The position numbers were made by a program, and so were the translations under genes. Below the pieces are notes generated by a model that made no database searches, was not told the DNA's origin, and saw only the letters and a program-made list of their open reading frames with translations. A stretch of 64,000 nucleotides of DNA from IMG/VR virus record IMGVR_UViG_3300049919_000280, positions 19,682 to 83,681 of that record. One strand, written 5' to 3'. The DNA comes from a virus. Its lineage: Duplodnaviria; Heunggongvirae; Uroviricota; Caudoviricetes. Positions 1-6,552 of the stretch are shown in pieces; position 1 is the first letter of the stretch, and each line of letters opens with the position of its first letter.

Positions 1-35
1 CACACGGTCAATCCAATTTATTTAAGGAGAATGCA

Positions 36-161
36 ATGCAGCGAAATATTTACGCAAAAGAATTGCGCTCTCTTGGGCAGTTCAAGCAAAAGGTAGTGGA
101 TTCAAAGAAGGGTCGAGGTTCTTGGAAGCGGAAAGAGAAGCATCGAGTTTCCGAGGATTGA
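36..161 (+). CDS. small basic ORF (41 aa); may be the 3' end of a gene entering from upstream of the window
   Basis: AAGGAG sits 6 nt before the ATG at 36. The same frame stays open back to base 3, so the true start may be upstream. Confidence 0.25.
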   Translation: MQRNIYAKELRSLGQFKQKVVDSKKGRGSWKRKEKHRVSED

Positions 162-171
162 CAAAGATTTA

Positions 172-247
172 CTCTCAGTCGGTTAGCGGCTATACCACCT
201 CGTTTGGGGCGAGGATTTCGTGTGTTCGAGTCACACCTGAGAGACCA
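172..247 (+). tRNA. tRNA-Pro (anticodon UGG), CCA encoded
   Basis: Hand-folded cloverleaf: acceptor ctctcag/ctgagag; anticodon stem cctcg/cgagg with loop tttgggg; 5-nt variable loop; T arm gtgtg-ttcgagt-cacac; discriminator A then CCA. Confidence 0.7.
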
Positions 248-539
248 GAATTAAGATAGCGACGAGTATGGTCTAGAACAGAAACATCGCCGTAAATCGA
301 GGACTGGTAGGTTAGGCAACCTCGTTAAAAAGCCTACCCCAGATTTTAGAATGGAAGGATGTTGCAGATAAGTTAAAGTATTTGGAACAGTAAAAGAATT
401 CAAAGCAGTCGCATTCGGTTAATATCTGGATGGATGTGTGATGATAGGCAGATGTCAGTCTGCTCACGGTGCCGAAACTCATCGTGCTAGGGAGAAGTTG
501 GATACCGAAATCCGAAGCAAATGGGTTATACTTAACGAA

Positions 540-585
540 AGTGGTCTAATAAAACGGATACTTCCGTACCATATTAGTTGAGTAC
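540..585 (+). repeat. short member of the AAGTGGT ... CGGWTACTTC element family
   Basis: aagtggtctaataaaacggatacttccgtacc shares AAGTGGT and CGGATACTTC with the copies at 3012, 4473, 4634 and 4826. A local hairpin acgga/tccgt can form. Confidence 0.35.
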
Positions 586-780
586 CAAATGTTAAGATTG
601 GTCTAGTGGAATTGATCACCACGAAAACTGAGAGGATGCAGTGTATAAATGCCGACAAAGTTTCAAATATTTTTCGAGTAGGGCATTCTCGTCTAATGTC
701 AAAACGCTAAGACATCCGTAGGGTGTTGATCACGTTAGCGCAATCTGGGTACGATCTTAGACCAGAAAGAATTTGGTAGA

Positions 781-881
781 GTGTAAATTTGTGGAACGGC
801 GAAGTAGGAGAGTCGCGGCTGACTGTAAATCAGTTCCCTCTGGGTGAGTAAATTCGAATTTTACTTCCACAAATTTACACT
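781..881. repeat. 16-bp perfect inverted repeat (gtgtaaatttgtggaa / ttccacaaatttacac) enclosing 69 bp, just upstream of ORF 909
   Basis: Exact reverse-complement arms at 781-796 and 866-881. The enclosed segment contains the hairpin ctga-ctgtaaa-tcag. Confidence 0.55.
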
Positions 882-908
882 TTGGCCACTTCATAACTAG
901 GAGGCATT

Positions 909-1421
909 ATGTCCATGATGTTACGTTTAAACGAAGAATATGGGACAAGATTCCAGACGTTCCGAGAATTCTGCGAACTATCCGAATCGTTCAAACCAAA
1001 ACATACAGAATTCGGAACCGATGGTAAAAACGGAAAGTGGAACGAGAACGAATCCCATCACTGGACTTTCTTCTCTCATAAACCAGATCACCATGCATTC
1101 GTCCATTTGAGTAAGGAGTCTGGAGAATTTGGTTTCGGCACTCATCGTGGAGAATTTACCGACGATGTTGCAAATCACTACGATGAAGAACCAAAACATG
1201 TTGGCGAAGCATTGTCCGTGATGAATAAGGCGTTGCATGTCGCAGTGACGGGGGCAAAGGAGCATAGTCTAAAGCAGATTTTCATTCATGGTGCGAATAA
1301 CCACCTGAAACAAGTTTACGATAAGGCAATAGGAAACAAGTTTCTTCAGAAGCATATGGAAAGTCATGGATTCAAGTATTCGCATTCGTTTAAGGATCGG
1401 CATTACTTTTCTGCAGTATGA
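909..1421 (+). CDS. hypothetical protein (170 aa)
   Basis: Long ORF with the RBS aggagg 7 nt upstream. No family recognised. Confidence 0.7.
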   Translation: MSMMLRLNEEYGTRFQTFREFCELSESFKPKHTEFGTDGKNGKWNENESHHWTFFSHKPDHHAFVHLSKESGEFGFGTHRGEFTDDVANHYDEEPKHVGEALSVMNKALHVAVTGAKEHSLKQIFIHGANNHLKQVYDKAIGNKFLQKHMESHGFKYSHSFKDRHYFSAV

Positions 1422-1426
1422 TCAGT

Positions 1427-1509
1427 GCGGGAGTAGCCTAGAGGTCAGGCACCTGATTTCCAATCAGGCAGACGAGAGTCGCACGCAGGTTCAAATCCTG
1501 TCCCCCGCT
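1427..1509 (+). tRNA. type II tRNA (long variable arm); anticodon loop tttccaa gives UCC by position, so identity is unresolved
   Basis: Acceptor gcgggag/cccccgc with one A-C mismatch; 3-bp D stem gcc/ggc; anticodon stem cctga/tcagg; 16-nt variable arm with a gac-gaga-gtc hairpin; T arm gcagg-ttcaaat-cctgt. No CCA is encoded. Confidence 0.5.
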
Positions 1510-1548
1510 CACGAATTTCTCTTTTAAATCAACGAGTTACTGAAATTG

Positions 1549-1576
1549 TTGCATTCTCCTGTGATGTCTGTATAAT
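1549..1576 (+). promoter_or_regulatory. promoter TTGCAT-N16-TATAAT with upstream box AAATCAACGAGTTAC (1526-1540) and leader CATCGGAAC ... GGAG
   Basis: This is one member of a cassette repeated at least 10 times in the window; see findings. Confidence 0.5.
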
Positions 1577-1611
1577 TCATCACATCGGAACACAAACACA
1601 GGAGAAACATC

Positions 1612-1995
1612 GTGGCCTACGTCAACAAAGAAGTCATCGCAAAGTGTCGTGCTGGTGCAGCGGCAATTCGTAAACAGTATGGCATCAAGATGACGTTTTC
1701 AGTGAATCATGGATCGACTTTGGTTTGTAACATCGCCAGCGGTAATGTCGATTTCTTTGGTCAGATGACCGAGAAGAGTGCATCATATGCTGACGGAAAG
1801 TATTGCCAAGTGAATCATTACCACCTCGATTCCAGTTTCAAGGGAGAGGCTCTGGAATGTCTAGAAGCAATAAAGACTTTGATGCACGTCGATCATTGGG
1901 ATGAGTCCGATATCATGACCGATTATTTTTGCACATCATTTTACGTTAATATCCACGTGGGTAAATGGAACAAACCATACGTTTGTGTGGCATAA
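1612..1995 (+). CDS. hypothetical protein (127 aa), GTG start
   Basis: ORF directly follows the promoter/leader cassette (ggagaaacatcGTG). Confidence 0.55.
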   Translation: MAYVNKEVIAKCRAGAAAIRKQYGIKMTFSVNHGSTLVCNIASGNVDFFGQMTEKSASYADGKYCQVNHYHLDSSFKGEALECLEAIKTLMHVDHWDESDIMTDYFCTSFYVNIHVGKWNKPYVCVA

Positions 1996-2000
1996 GAATC

Positions 2001-2095
2001 AGTCCTGTAGTTTAATGGTAAAACTCCGAGCTTATACCTCGGCATTGCGGCTAGATTGGCTGATGATTTCGGTTCGAATCCGGACGGGACTACCA
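2001..2095 (+). tRNA. tRNA-like gene with a perfect anticodon arm (ccgag-cttatac-ctcgg, anticodon UAU, Ile-like) but about 25 extra nt between the anticodon and T arms; CCA encoded
   Basis: Acceptor agtcctg/cgggact; D arm gttt-aatggta-aaac; T arm ttcgg-ttcgaat-ccgga. At 95 nt it is too long for a normal tRNA. The next ORF starts 2 nt after the CCA. Confidence 0.4.
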
Positions 2096-2096
2096 A

Positions 2097-2366
2097 ATGA
2101 AAGTTGTTCATTGCAAGAAAGACCCTTTCGATATATACATCGGAAGACCAAGTAAATGGGGAAACCCATTTGAGATTGGGAAAGATGGTGATAGGAAAGC
2201 CGTTATATTGAAGTATGCGGCTTGGATACAAAAGCAACCAGACCTTCTTAGAGACATTTCAGAATTGAAGGGCAAGGTTCTTGGTTGTTGGTGCTATCCG
2301 AAAGCGTGTCATGGTGATGTTCTTTTGAGGTTGGCTAATGAATCCAGCTTATCTGATTTTATGTAA
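2097..2366 (+). CDS. DUF4326-like small protein (89 aa)
   Basis: The pattern GNPF ... GCWCYP ... CHGDVL resembles the DUF4326 family, which is often linked to ADP-ribose processing genes. Confidence 0.5.
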   Translation: MKVVHCKKDPFDIYIGRPSKWGNPFEIGKDGDRKAVILKYAAWIQKQPDLLRDISELKGKVLGCWCYPKACHGDVLLRLANESSLSDFM

Positions 2367-2381
2367 AGGGTTGGAGGTAAA

Positions 2382-2891
2382 ATGATATCAGTAAAAGAAA
2401 TATTCGCTAGGCGGCTTCAAGAGATGTTTGATTCTCCTTGGCCGACGACGGAAGATCAGGATGCGACTACTGCTGCCAATGATGACGTAAAGAACAGAAA
2501 ATTGCCGGTGTCTAGTGTTAAGGTATATGATCTTGGCGACGATAACGGTAAGATGATCACATACGTTCGCAACGGTGCATTGGAAGTGCATCATCAGGAC
2601 AATTCTGGGATATCTGGGGTTCTCCATCTAGGGAGAAATAAACCAAATCCAAGATTCGTTGGGACTATGATGCGACATCTTTTGAAGCACGGTCTAGAAA
2701 AGTCACATCCTGTTCGGATCATCGCGAAACAAAAGTTGTTCGTCCGGTATAAGTCTTTGATCGATAAACTGCTGAATCAGAAACTGTATCGGGTGGTTTA
2801 TTCGGAAGAAACTGTGGATGGTCAAGTTGTAGAAACTGCGACTATATATCCAAGGAATAAGATTTCGGAAGAGTATTTTCCGAAGTTTTGA
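2382..2891 (+). CDS. hypothetical protein (169 aa)
   Basis: Long ORF with RBS ggagg. Confidence 0.6.
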   Translation: MISVKEIFARRLQEMFDSPWPTTEDQDATTAANDDVKNRKLPVSSVKVYDLGDDNGKMITYVRNGALEVHHQDNSGISGVLHLGRNKPNPRFVGTMMRHLLKHGLEKSHPVRIIAKQKLFVRYKSLIDKLLNQKLYRVVYSEETVDGQVVETATIYPRNKISEEYFPKF

Positions 2892-2898
2892 AGTTTAT

Positions 2899-3007
2899 GG
2901 GGAGGTAATTCAGTTGGTAGAAGAGTGACAATCGGATAGTTATTGGGCAGGCGTCCTAGCTTGATTGTTGCGTTACGTCGGTGGTTCAAGTCCATCCCTC
3001 CCCACCA
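2899..3007 (+). ncRNA. tRNA-like RNA (109 nt) with acceptor, D and T arms plus CCA, but the anticodon arm is replaced by a 6-bp helix with a 29-nt loop
   Basis: Acceptor ggggagg/cctcccc followed by A-CCA; D loop agttggtag; T arm ggtgg-ttcaagt-ccatc; central helix acaatc/gattgt. No canonical anticodon stem-loop can be drawn. Confidence 0.4.
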
Positions 3008-3011
3008 ATAT

Positions 3012-3080
3012 TGACGTGGTGAAAAGAAATCGGTTACTTCATTTGGCGAAATCAATACCGAATTCTGAATGTTCCCGTCA
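3012..3080 (+). ncRNA. copy of the about 70-nt repeat-family element (gacgtggtg ... cggttacttc ... gaaa ... ataccg ... tgttccc)
   Basis: Near-colinear with the copies at 4634-4713 and 4826-4893. It lies immediately 3' of the tRNA-like gene. Confidence 0.4.
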
Positions 3081-3087
3081 TGAACTA

Positions 3088-3118
3088 CCGCGAAGCTAAA
3101 GACATCGCGGTTTTCTTG
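3088..3118 (+). terminator. rho-independent terminator (ccgcga-N11-tcgcgg followed by TTTTCTT)
   Basis: 6-bp GC-rich stem followed by a T tract. Confidence 0.6.
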
Positions 3119-3309
3119 CTTAAGGGACGATAAAGATGTGTCGTCGTGACATGAAGATTTGTCGCGACGATAATTAAGTAGAAACGGAGTCTATGACTCC
3201 ATCGGCGAACGTGGTAGCCGTTTCTGTGGCCGAAGTGATCACTGGGCAGCAGTAGCTAAGTCAAAATCAACTCTTCCAGATTATCGGACTAAATCTGACC
3301 AAATTCAAT

Positions 3310-3386
3310 GCATCCGTGGTCTAATTGTATAAGGCATCGCACTTCTAATGCGAACGATGGGAGTTAGAATCTCTCCGGGTGCACCA
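3310..3386 (+). tRNA. tRNA-Arg (anticodon UCU), CCA encoded
   Basis: Acceptor gcatccg/cgggtgc with a G-U pair; D arm gtct-aattgtata-aggc; anticodon stem tcgca/tgcga with loop cttctaa; T arm gggag-ttagaat-ctctc. Confidence 0.75.
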
Positions 3387-3420
3387 AAATACGTTGTAAA
3401 ATCAACGAGTTACAAATATC

Positions 3421-3449
3421 TTGCTTCTGCATTCACATGTCTGTATAAT
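3421..3449 (+). promoter_or_regulatory. promoter TTGCTT-N17-TATAAT with upstream AAAATCAACGAGTTAC box (3398-3413)
   Basis: Cassette member. Leader ttacatcgaaacaacaaacggagtaaacatcATG. Confidence 0.55.
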
Positions 3450-3483
3450 TCATTACATCGAAACAACAAACGGAGTAAACATC

Positions 3484-3834
3484 ATGAGCAAAAACATCGG
3501 ATACCACACTCGCCTGATCAGCAACAACGCAACAAAGGTTTGTGGCGGATCGTTTGGTGGCGAGGTTAGTGCTGATACGGTGGCCCGTTTGGTCAAGTCG
3601 CACTTTGATGTCGCAGTCAAGCCTTCTGGCGCTGTTGTTTTTGTTGATAAGAGTGGTCGCGAAGTTTCACTTTATCTCACAGTTGATCCGATGACTACTG
3701 ATATCGGCAAGGTTGCTAAGAAAGAATGGCTTGCTAAACGCAGTGCGGAACAAGACGAGTCTCGCGAAAAAATCGAGAGTCTTATGGCTGGACTTGATGA
3801 TGCTGAAATTATTCGTCGGTTGTCTGATTATTAA
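3484..3834 (+). CDS. hypothetical protein (116 aa)
   Basis: ATG follows the cassette leader. The track ORF 3348 overlaps tRNA-Arg, so the start was moved to 3484. Confidence 0.65.
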   Translation: MSKNIGYHTRLISNNATKVCGGSFGGEVSADTVARLVKSHFDVAVKPSGAVVFVDKSGREVSLYLTVDPMTTDIGKVAKKEWLAKRSAEQDESREKIESLMAGLDDAEIIRRLSDY

Positions 3835-3845
3835 GGAGATTTGCA

Positions 3846-4004
3846 ATGTGCTGCGAAGGATGGTATTACGATGACAAATGTGTCGATGGGGAGTGTCCAG
3901 ACTGCGGAGAACCCACTGTCGACGGCGAAGCCCAATCTGGTTGCCATTATTCGCCTTGCTCCTGCCAGACATGTAACTCTCGCCCGTGCGACGGAAGTTG
4001 TTGA
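3846..4004 (+). CDS. Cys-rich small protein (52 aa)
   Basis: AAGGAG RBS. The product has 11 Cys arranged in CxxC-like pairs. Confidence 0.45.
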   Translation: MCCEGWYYDDKCVDGECPDCGEPTVDGEAQSGCHYSPCSCQTCNSRPCDGSC

Positions 4005-4016
4005 CGGGAGTATAAA

Positions 4017-4142
4017 ATGAATATGCTAACATTAGAAGAAGCGTATGCCGAACATGTACATGTTCATAAAACCTTCGGAATCAAAGTGATGACCATCGAA
4101 CAATTCAGTGAATTTTGGAACCTCTTTCAGGAGACCAAATAA
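4017..4142 (+). CDS. small ORF (41 aa)
   Basis: Weak RBS gggag. Below the ORF-track cutoff. Confidence 0.3.
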   Translation: MNMLTLEEAYAEHVHVHKTFGIKVMTIEQFSEFWNLFQETK

Positions 4143-4437
4143 AGAAGTAGGTGCCAAGCTTATCATTCTGTTCCCTATGGATTGATGGCTTAAACAGGCG
4201 AAAAACACTCTTGATGTAGAGAGCCCATAGCTCAAGAGTGTCCTCATTTAAACTATGGGAGCGACTGTCGTCGTAGGTATGAGTTGCCAAAGACCATCAG
4301 AAAATGATTTAGGGATCATGAGTATGATGACAGAATAAATGGAGAGTTAACTGCTAAGGTAGCAGCGGGACTTGCTAAGTCTCTGGTCCCTGTAATATGG
4401 GATGGGAATCGTGATCTCAGCTCTCCTCCAATATTAC

Positions 4438-4466
4438 TTGACTTTGCAGAGCGATTAATGTAAAAT
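4438..4466 (+). promoter_or_regulatory. strong sigma70-type promoter TTGACT-N17-TAAAAT that fires into element E0
   Basis: Consensus-like hexamers with 17-bp spacing. The predicted start (about 4473) coincides with the conserved gaagtggt motif. Confidence 0.55.
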
Positions 4467-4472
4467 GTTTGA

Positions 4473-4590
4473 AGTGGTAAAGATTCAGCAGTAAAAGTTT
4501 TAATCCGTAGTGTAGGCATCAGTTACTTCAATGCTAATGACGAGGTGGTGGTTCGAATCCACCCAACACAAATCTGATTTGTGTTGAAGC
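4473..4590 (+). ncRNA. candidate small RNA E0: repeat-family motifs plus a perfect tRNA T-arm (ggtgg-ttcgaat-ccacc) and a 3' hairpin caacacaaat-ctg-atttgtgttg
   Basis: No ORF is present. It has its own promoter. It shares gaagtggt and cagttacttc..gctaatga with R1/R2. No acceptor or anticodon arms can be drawn, so it is not a real tRNA. Confidence 0.45.
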
Positions 4591-4633
4591 TCATGGATGA
4601 GCGCGAAAATCTCTGATGCCGTCTGTTCTCGGA

Positions 4634-4713
4634 AATGATTTATTTTAAAGTGGTGTGGATTGCGGTTACTTCCTTATAGACGAAACTTATACCGTGGTCG
4701 TTTGTTCCCTTTA
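4634..4713 (+). ncRNA. repeat-family element R1 (ttttaaagtggtgtgg ... cggttacttcc ... gaaac ... ataccgtggtcg tttgttcccttta)
   Basis: About 75% identical to R2 and to the 3012 copy. Substitutions keep the cggt/accg pairing (acgg/ccgt in R2). Confidence 0.4.
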
Positions 4714-4728
4714 ATTATGATGTATAAT

Positions 4729-4804
4729 TCCCTAGTAGCTCAGCTGGCAGAGCGTGGTGCTGTTAACACCGAGGTCACTCGTTCGAACCGAGTCTGGGGA
4801 GCCA
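4729..4804 (+). tRNA. tRNA-Asn (anticodon GUU), CCA encoded
   Basis: Acceptor tccctag/ctgggga; D arm gctc-agctggca-gagc; anticodon stem tggtg/caccg with loop ctgttaa; T arm actcg-ttcgaac-cgagt. Confidence 0.8.
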
Positions 4805-4825
4805 AAATTTGTAGTAGTTGTGAGT

Positions 4826-4893
4826 TTTAAAGTGGTGTAGACTAACGGTTACTTCTCGCTAATGAAACCATGCCGTAGTCATTTGTTCCCTTT
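4826..4893 (+). ncRNA. repeat-family element R2, directly upstream of the Ro60-like gene
   Basis: ttttaaagtggtgtagactaacggttacttctcgctaatgaaaccatgccgtagtcatttgttcccttta. It ends 15 nt before the ATG at 4909. Confidence 0.4.
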
Positions 4894-4908
4894 ACTTGGA
4901 GATTTAAA

Positions 4909-6342
4909 ATGTCGTCAATCAACAAAAAAGTTGAAGCAGAAAAGATTTACACTGATGGCGGAGCGATTGCTTCTCGCATCACTAAGATTCAAGAGCTTGA
5001 GCGAACTGTTATGTCCTGCATGCTGTGGGAAGATTCATACAGCGAAAGTGGCGTTAAAGTTGCAGATCGCATTAAGGAATTGGTGCATTCATGCAAGCCA
5101 GATGCTGTTGCAAAGATTGCTATTTCGGCACGTACCGATATGCATCTTCGTCACGTCCCGCTTTTCCTAGTTCGTGAGTTGGCTCGGCATGCTATGTCGC
5201 CTTCATATCCTAAACTCGTCGCGAATACTCTGACTGCAGTTATCCAGCGACCAGATGAAATTGCCGAATTCATGGCAATCTATCAGAAGGATGGAAAGCA
5301 GCCGCTGTCGAAGCAGGTTAAGATCGGTCTGGCTAATGCGTTCAAAAAATTCAACGAGTATAGCCTCGCAAAGTATTCTAGCGAAGGCAAGGAGTATTCG
5401 CTTCGTGATGTGTTGTTCCTAGTTCATGGCAAGCCTGCAGACGTTCCTGCTGATGCCACGAAGTATGATCGTGCTGCCCGTGTTATTGGTGTGAATCGCC
5501 AACTAACTGCAGGCGAGGCTCTGTATCGTCGTGTGTCAGAAAACGCTCTTGTGACCCCAGATACTTGGGAAGTCGAGTTGAGTTCTGGTGCGGATAAGGC
5601 GGAGACTTTTGTTCGCCTGATGGAAGAAGGCACTTTGGGTGCAATGGCGTTCCTGCGCAATCTTCGTGGTATGAAGGAAGCTAAAGTTCCGAAGATTAAT
5701 ATCAAGGAATATGCAGAAAAGGTAAAGGTTGACAAAATCCTACCGTTCCGATTTATCGCGTCTGCACGAGCGGTTCCTGAATGGGAAGATGTTATCGAGC
5801 CAATGATGCTGCGTTGCTTGGGTGGTCTGCCGAAGCTTTCTGGTAAGACTGTGTTCATTGTTGATATCTCTGGTTCCATGGGGCAACCTATTTCCAGCAA
5901 ATCAACTATGCGTCGTTATGATGCTGCGATGGCTCTTGTTATTCTGGCCAAGGAAATGTGCGAGGATGCTGTCATCTACGCAACTGCTGGTAGTGATGGA
6001 CAAGGCATTCATGCAACCGAAGTAATCCCTAATCGGAAAGGGTTTGCCATTGCCGATGCTCTTCGCAGCATGAACGCCAAGTTGGGTTTCGGTGGTATTT
6101 TCTTGAAGCAGACTTTGGATTACGTTCATGAAAGGGAATTGACTGCGGATCGAGTGATTGTATTCACCGATGAAATCGACTGCGATCATAAATGCAACCC
6201 TGCAGATGCGAAGGCGTTTGGTGGCAGCAATTACATCGTTAACATCGCTTCTCAGCGTAATGGAATTGCATACAACAAATTCACTCATATCGATGGGTGG
6301 AGTGAGCAGGTAATGGCTTTCATCCAAAAGTTGGAAGCATAA
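4909..6342 (+). CDS. rsr: Ro60/Rsr-like RNA-binding protein (helical N-terminal region plus C-terminal vWA domain with MIDAS motif DISGSMG)
   Basis: 477 aa. The vWA motif VFIVDISGSM ... TDEID sits at residues about 305-420 behind a roughly 300-aa helical N-terminal region, which is the TROVE+vWA layout. The gene is embedded among tRNA and tRNA-like RNAs, as in known rsr/Y-RNA loci. TROVE assignment is from memory, not from a search. Confidence 0.5.
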   Translation: MSSINKKVEAEKIYTDGGAIASRITKIQELERTVMSCMLWEDSYSESGVKVADRIKELVHSCKPDAVAKIAISARTDMHLRHVPLFLVRELARHAMSPSYPKLVANTLTAVIQRPDEIAEFMAIYQKDGKQPLSKQVKIGLANAFKKFNEYSLAKYSSEGKEYSLRDVLFLVHGKPADVPADATKYDRAARVIGVNRQLTAGEALYRRVSENALVTPDTWEVELSSGADKAETFVRLMEEGTLGAMAFLRNLRGMKEAKVPKINIKEYAEKVKVDKILPFRFIASARAVPEWEDVIEPMMLRCLGGLPKLSGKTVFIVDISGSMGQPISSKSTMRRYDAAMALVILAKEMCEDAVIYATAGSDGQGIHATEVIPNRKGFAIADALRSMNAKLGFGGIFLKQTLDYVHERELTADRVIVFTDEIDCDHKCNPADAKAFGGSNYIVNIASQRNGIAYNKFTHIDGWSEQVMAFIQKLEA

Positions 6343-6349
6343 AGGTTTA

Positions 6350-6421
6350 GCCGGTTTAGCTCAGTGGTAGAGCAACCGCCTTGTAAGCGGTAGGTCGTCT
6401 GTTCAATCCAGACAGCCGGCA
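6350..6421 (+). tRNA. tRNA-Thr (anticodon UGU)
   Basis: Acceptor gccggtt/agccggc; D arm gctc-agtggta-gagc; anticodon stem accgc/gcggt with loop cttgtaa; T arm gtctg-ttcaatc-cagac. No CCA is encoded. Confidence 0.8.
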
Positions 6422-6552
6422 TATAAATTTAGCACCATCTGTCTAATACCCATCAGCATATGGGAACTTAAACCACCACACATCTTGCGCAAGATTAACC
6501 GTGGATTGCTACAACTCAAATTGACAATGAGTTGGATGGTGCTAAATTTATG
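6422..6552. repeat. 17-bp perfect inverted repeat (ataaatttagcaccatc / gatggtgctaaatttat) enclosing 95 bp that include the 14-bp palindrome atcttgcgcaagat
   Basis: Arms at 6422-6439 and 6534-6552. Internal hairpin cccat-cagcat-atggg. Confidence 0.5.

Noticed and set aside
163-908. Possibility that the ORF-free stretch is a group I intron or tmRNA
   Set aside because: No flanking split gene, no tmRNA tag-peptide ORF and no recognisable P7 or tRNA-like 3' domain were found by eye, so it is reported only as candidate noncoding RNA.
2822-3055. Minus-strand ORF (77 aa) across the tRNA-like gene 2899-3007
   Set aside because: Lies antisense to a tRNA-like structure and has no RBS. The product is low-complexity.
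3348-3569. Track ORF (73 aa) starting inside tRNA-Arg
   Set aside because: Its 5' part overlaps the tRNA-Arg gene and it is in a different frame from the well-supported gene 3484-3834, which has the promoter and leader cassette. It is treated as spurious.
4032-4519. Three minus-strand ORFs (61-71 aa) in the region upstream of E0
   Set aside because: No RBS, antisense to the strand that carries all signals, low-complexity products. The region reads better as noncoding, with the E0 promoter at 4438.
4862-5170. + strand ORF (102 aa) overlapping the start of the Ro60-like gene in another frame
   Set aside because: Starts inside repeat element R2 and is out of frame with the long gene that has a clear domain architecture.
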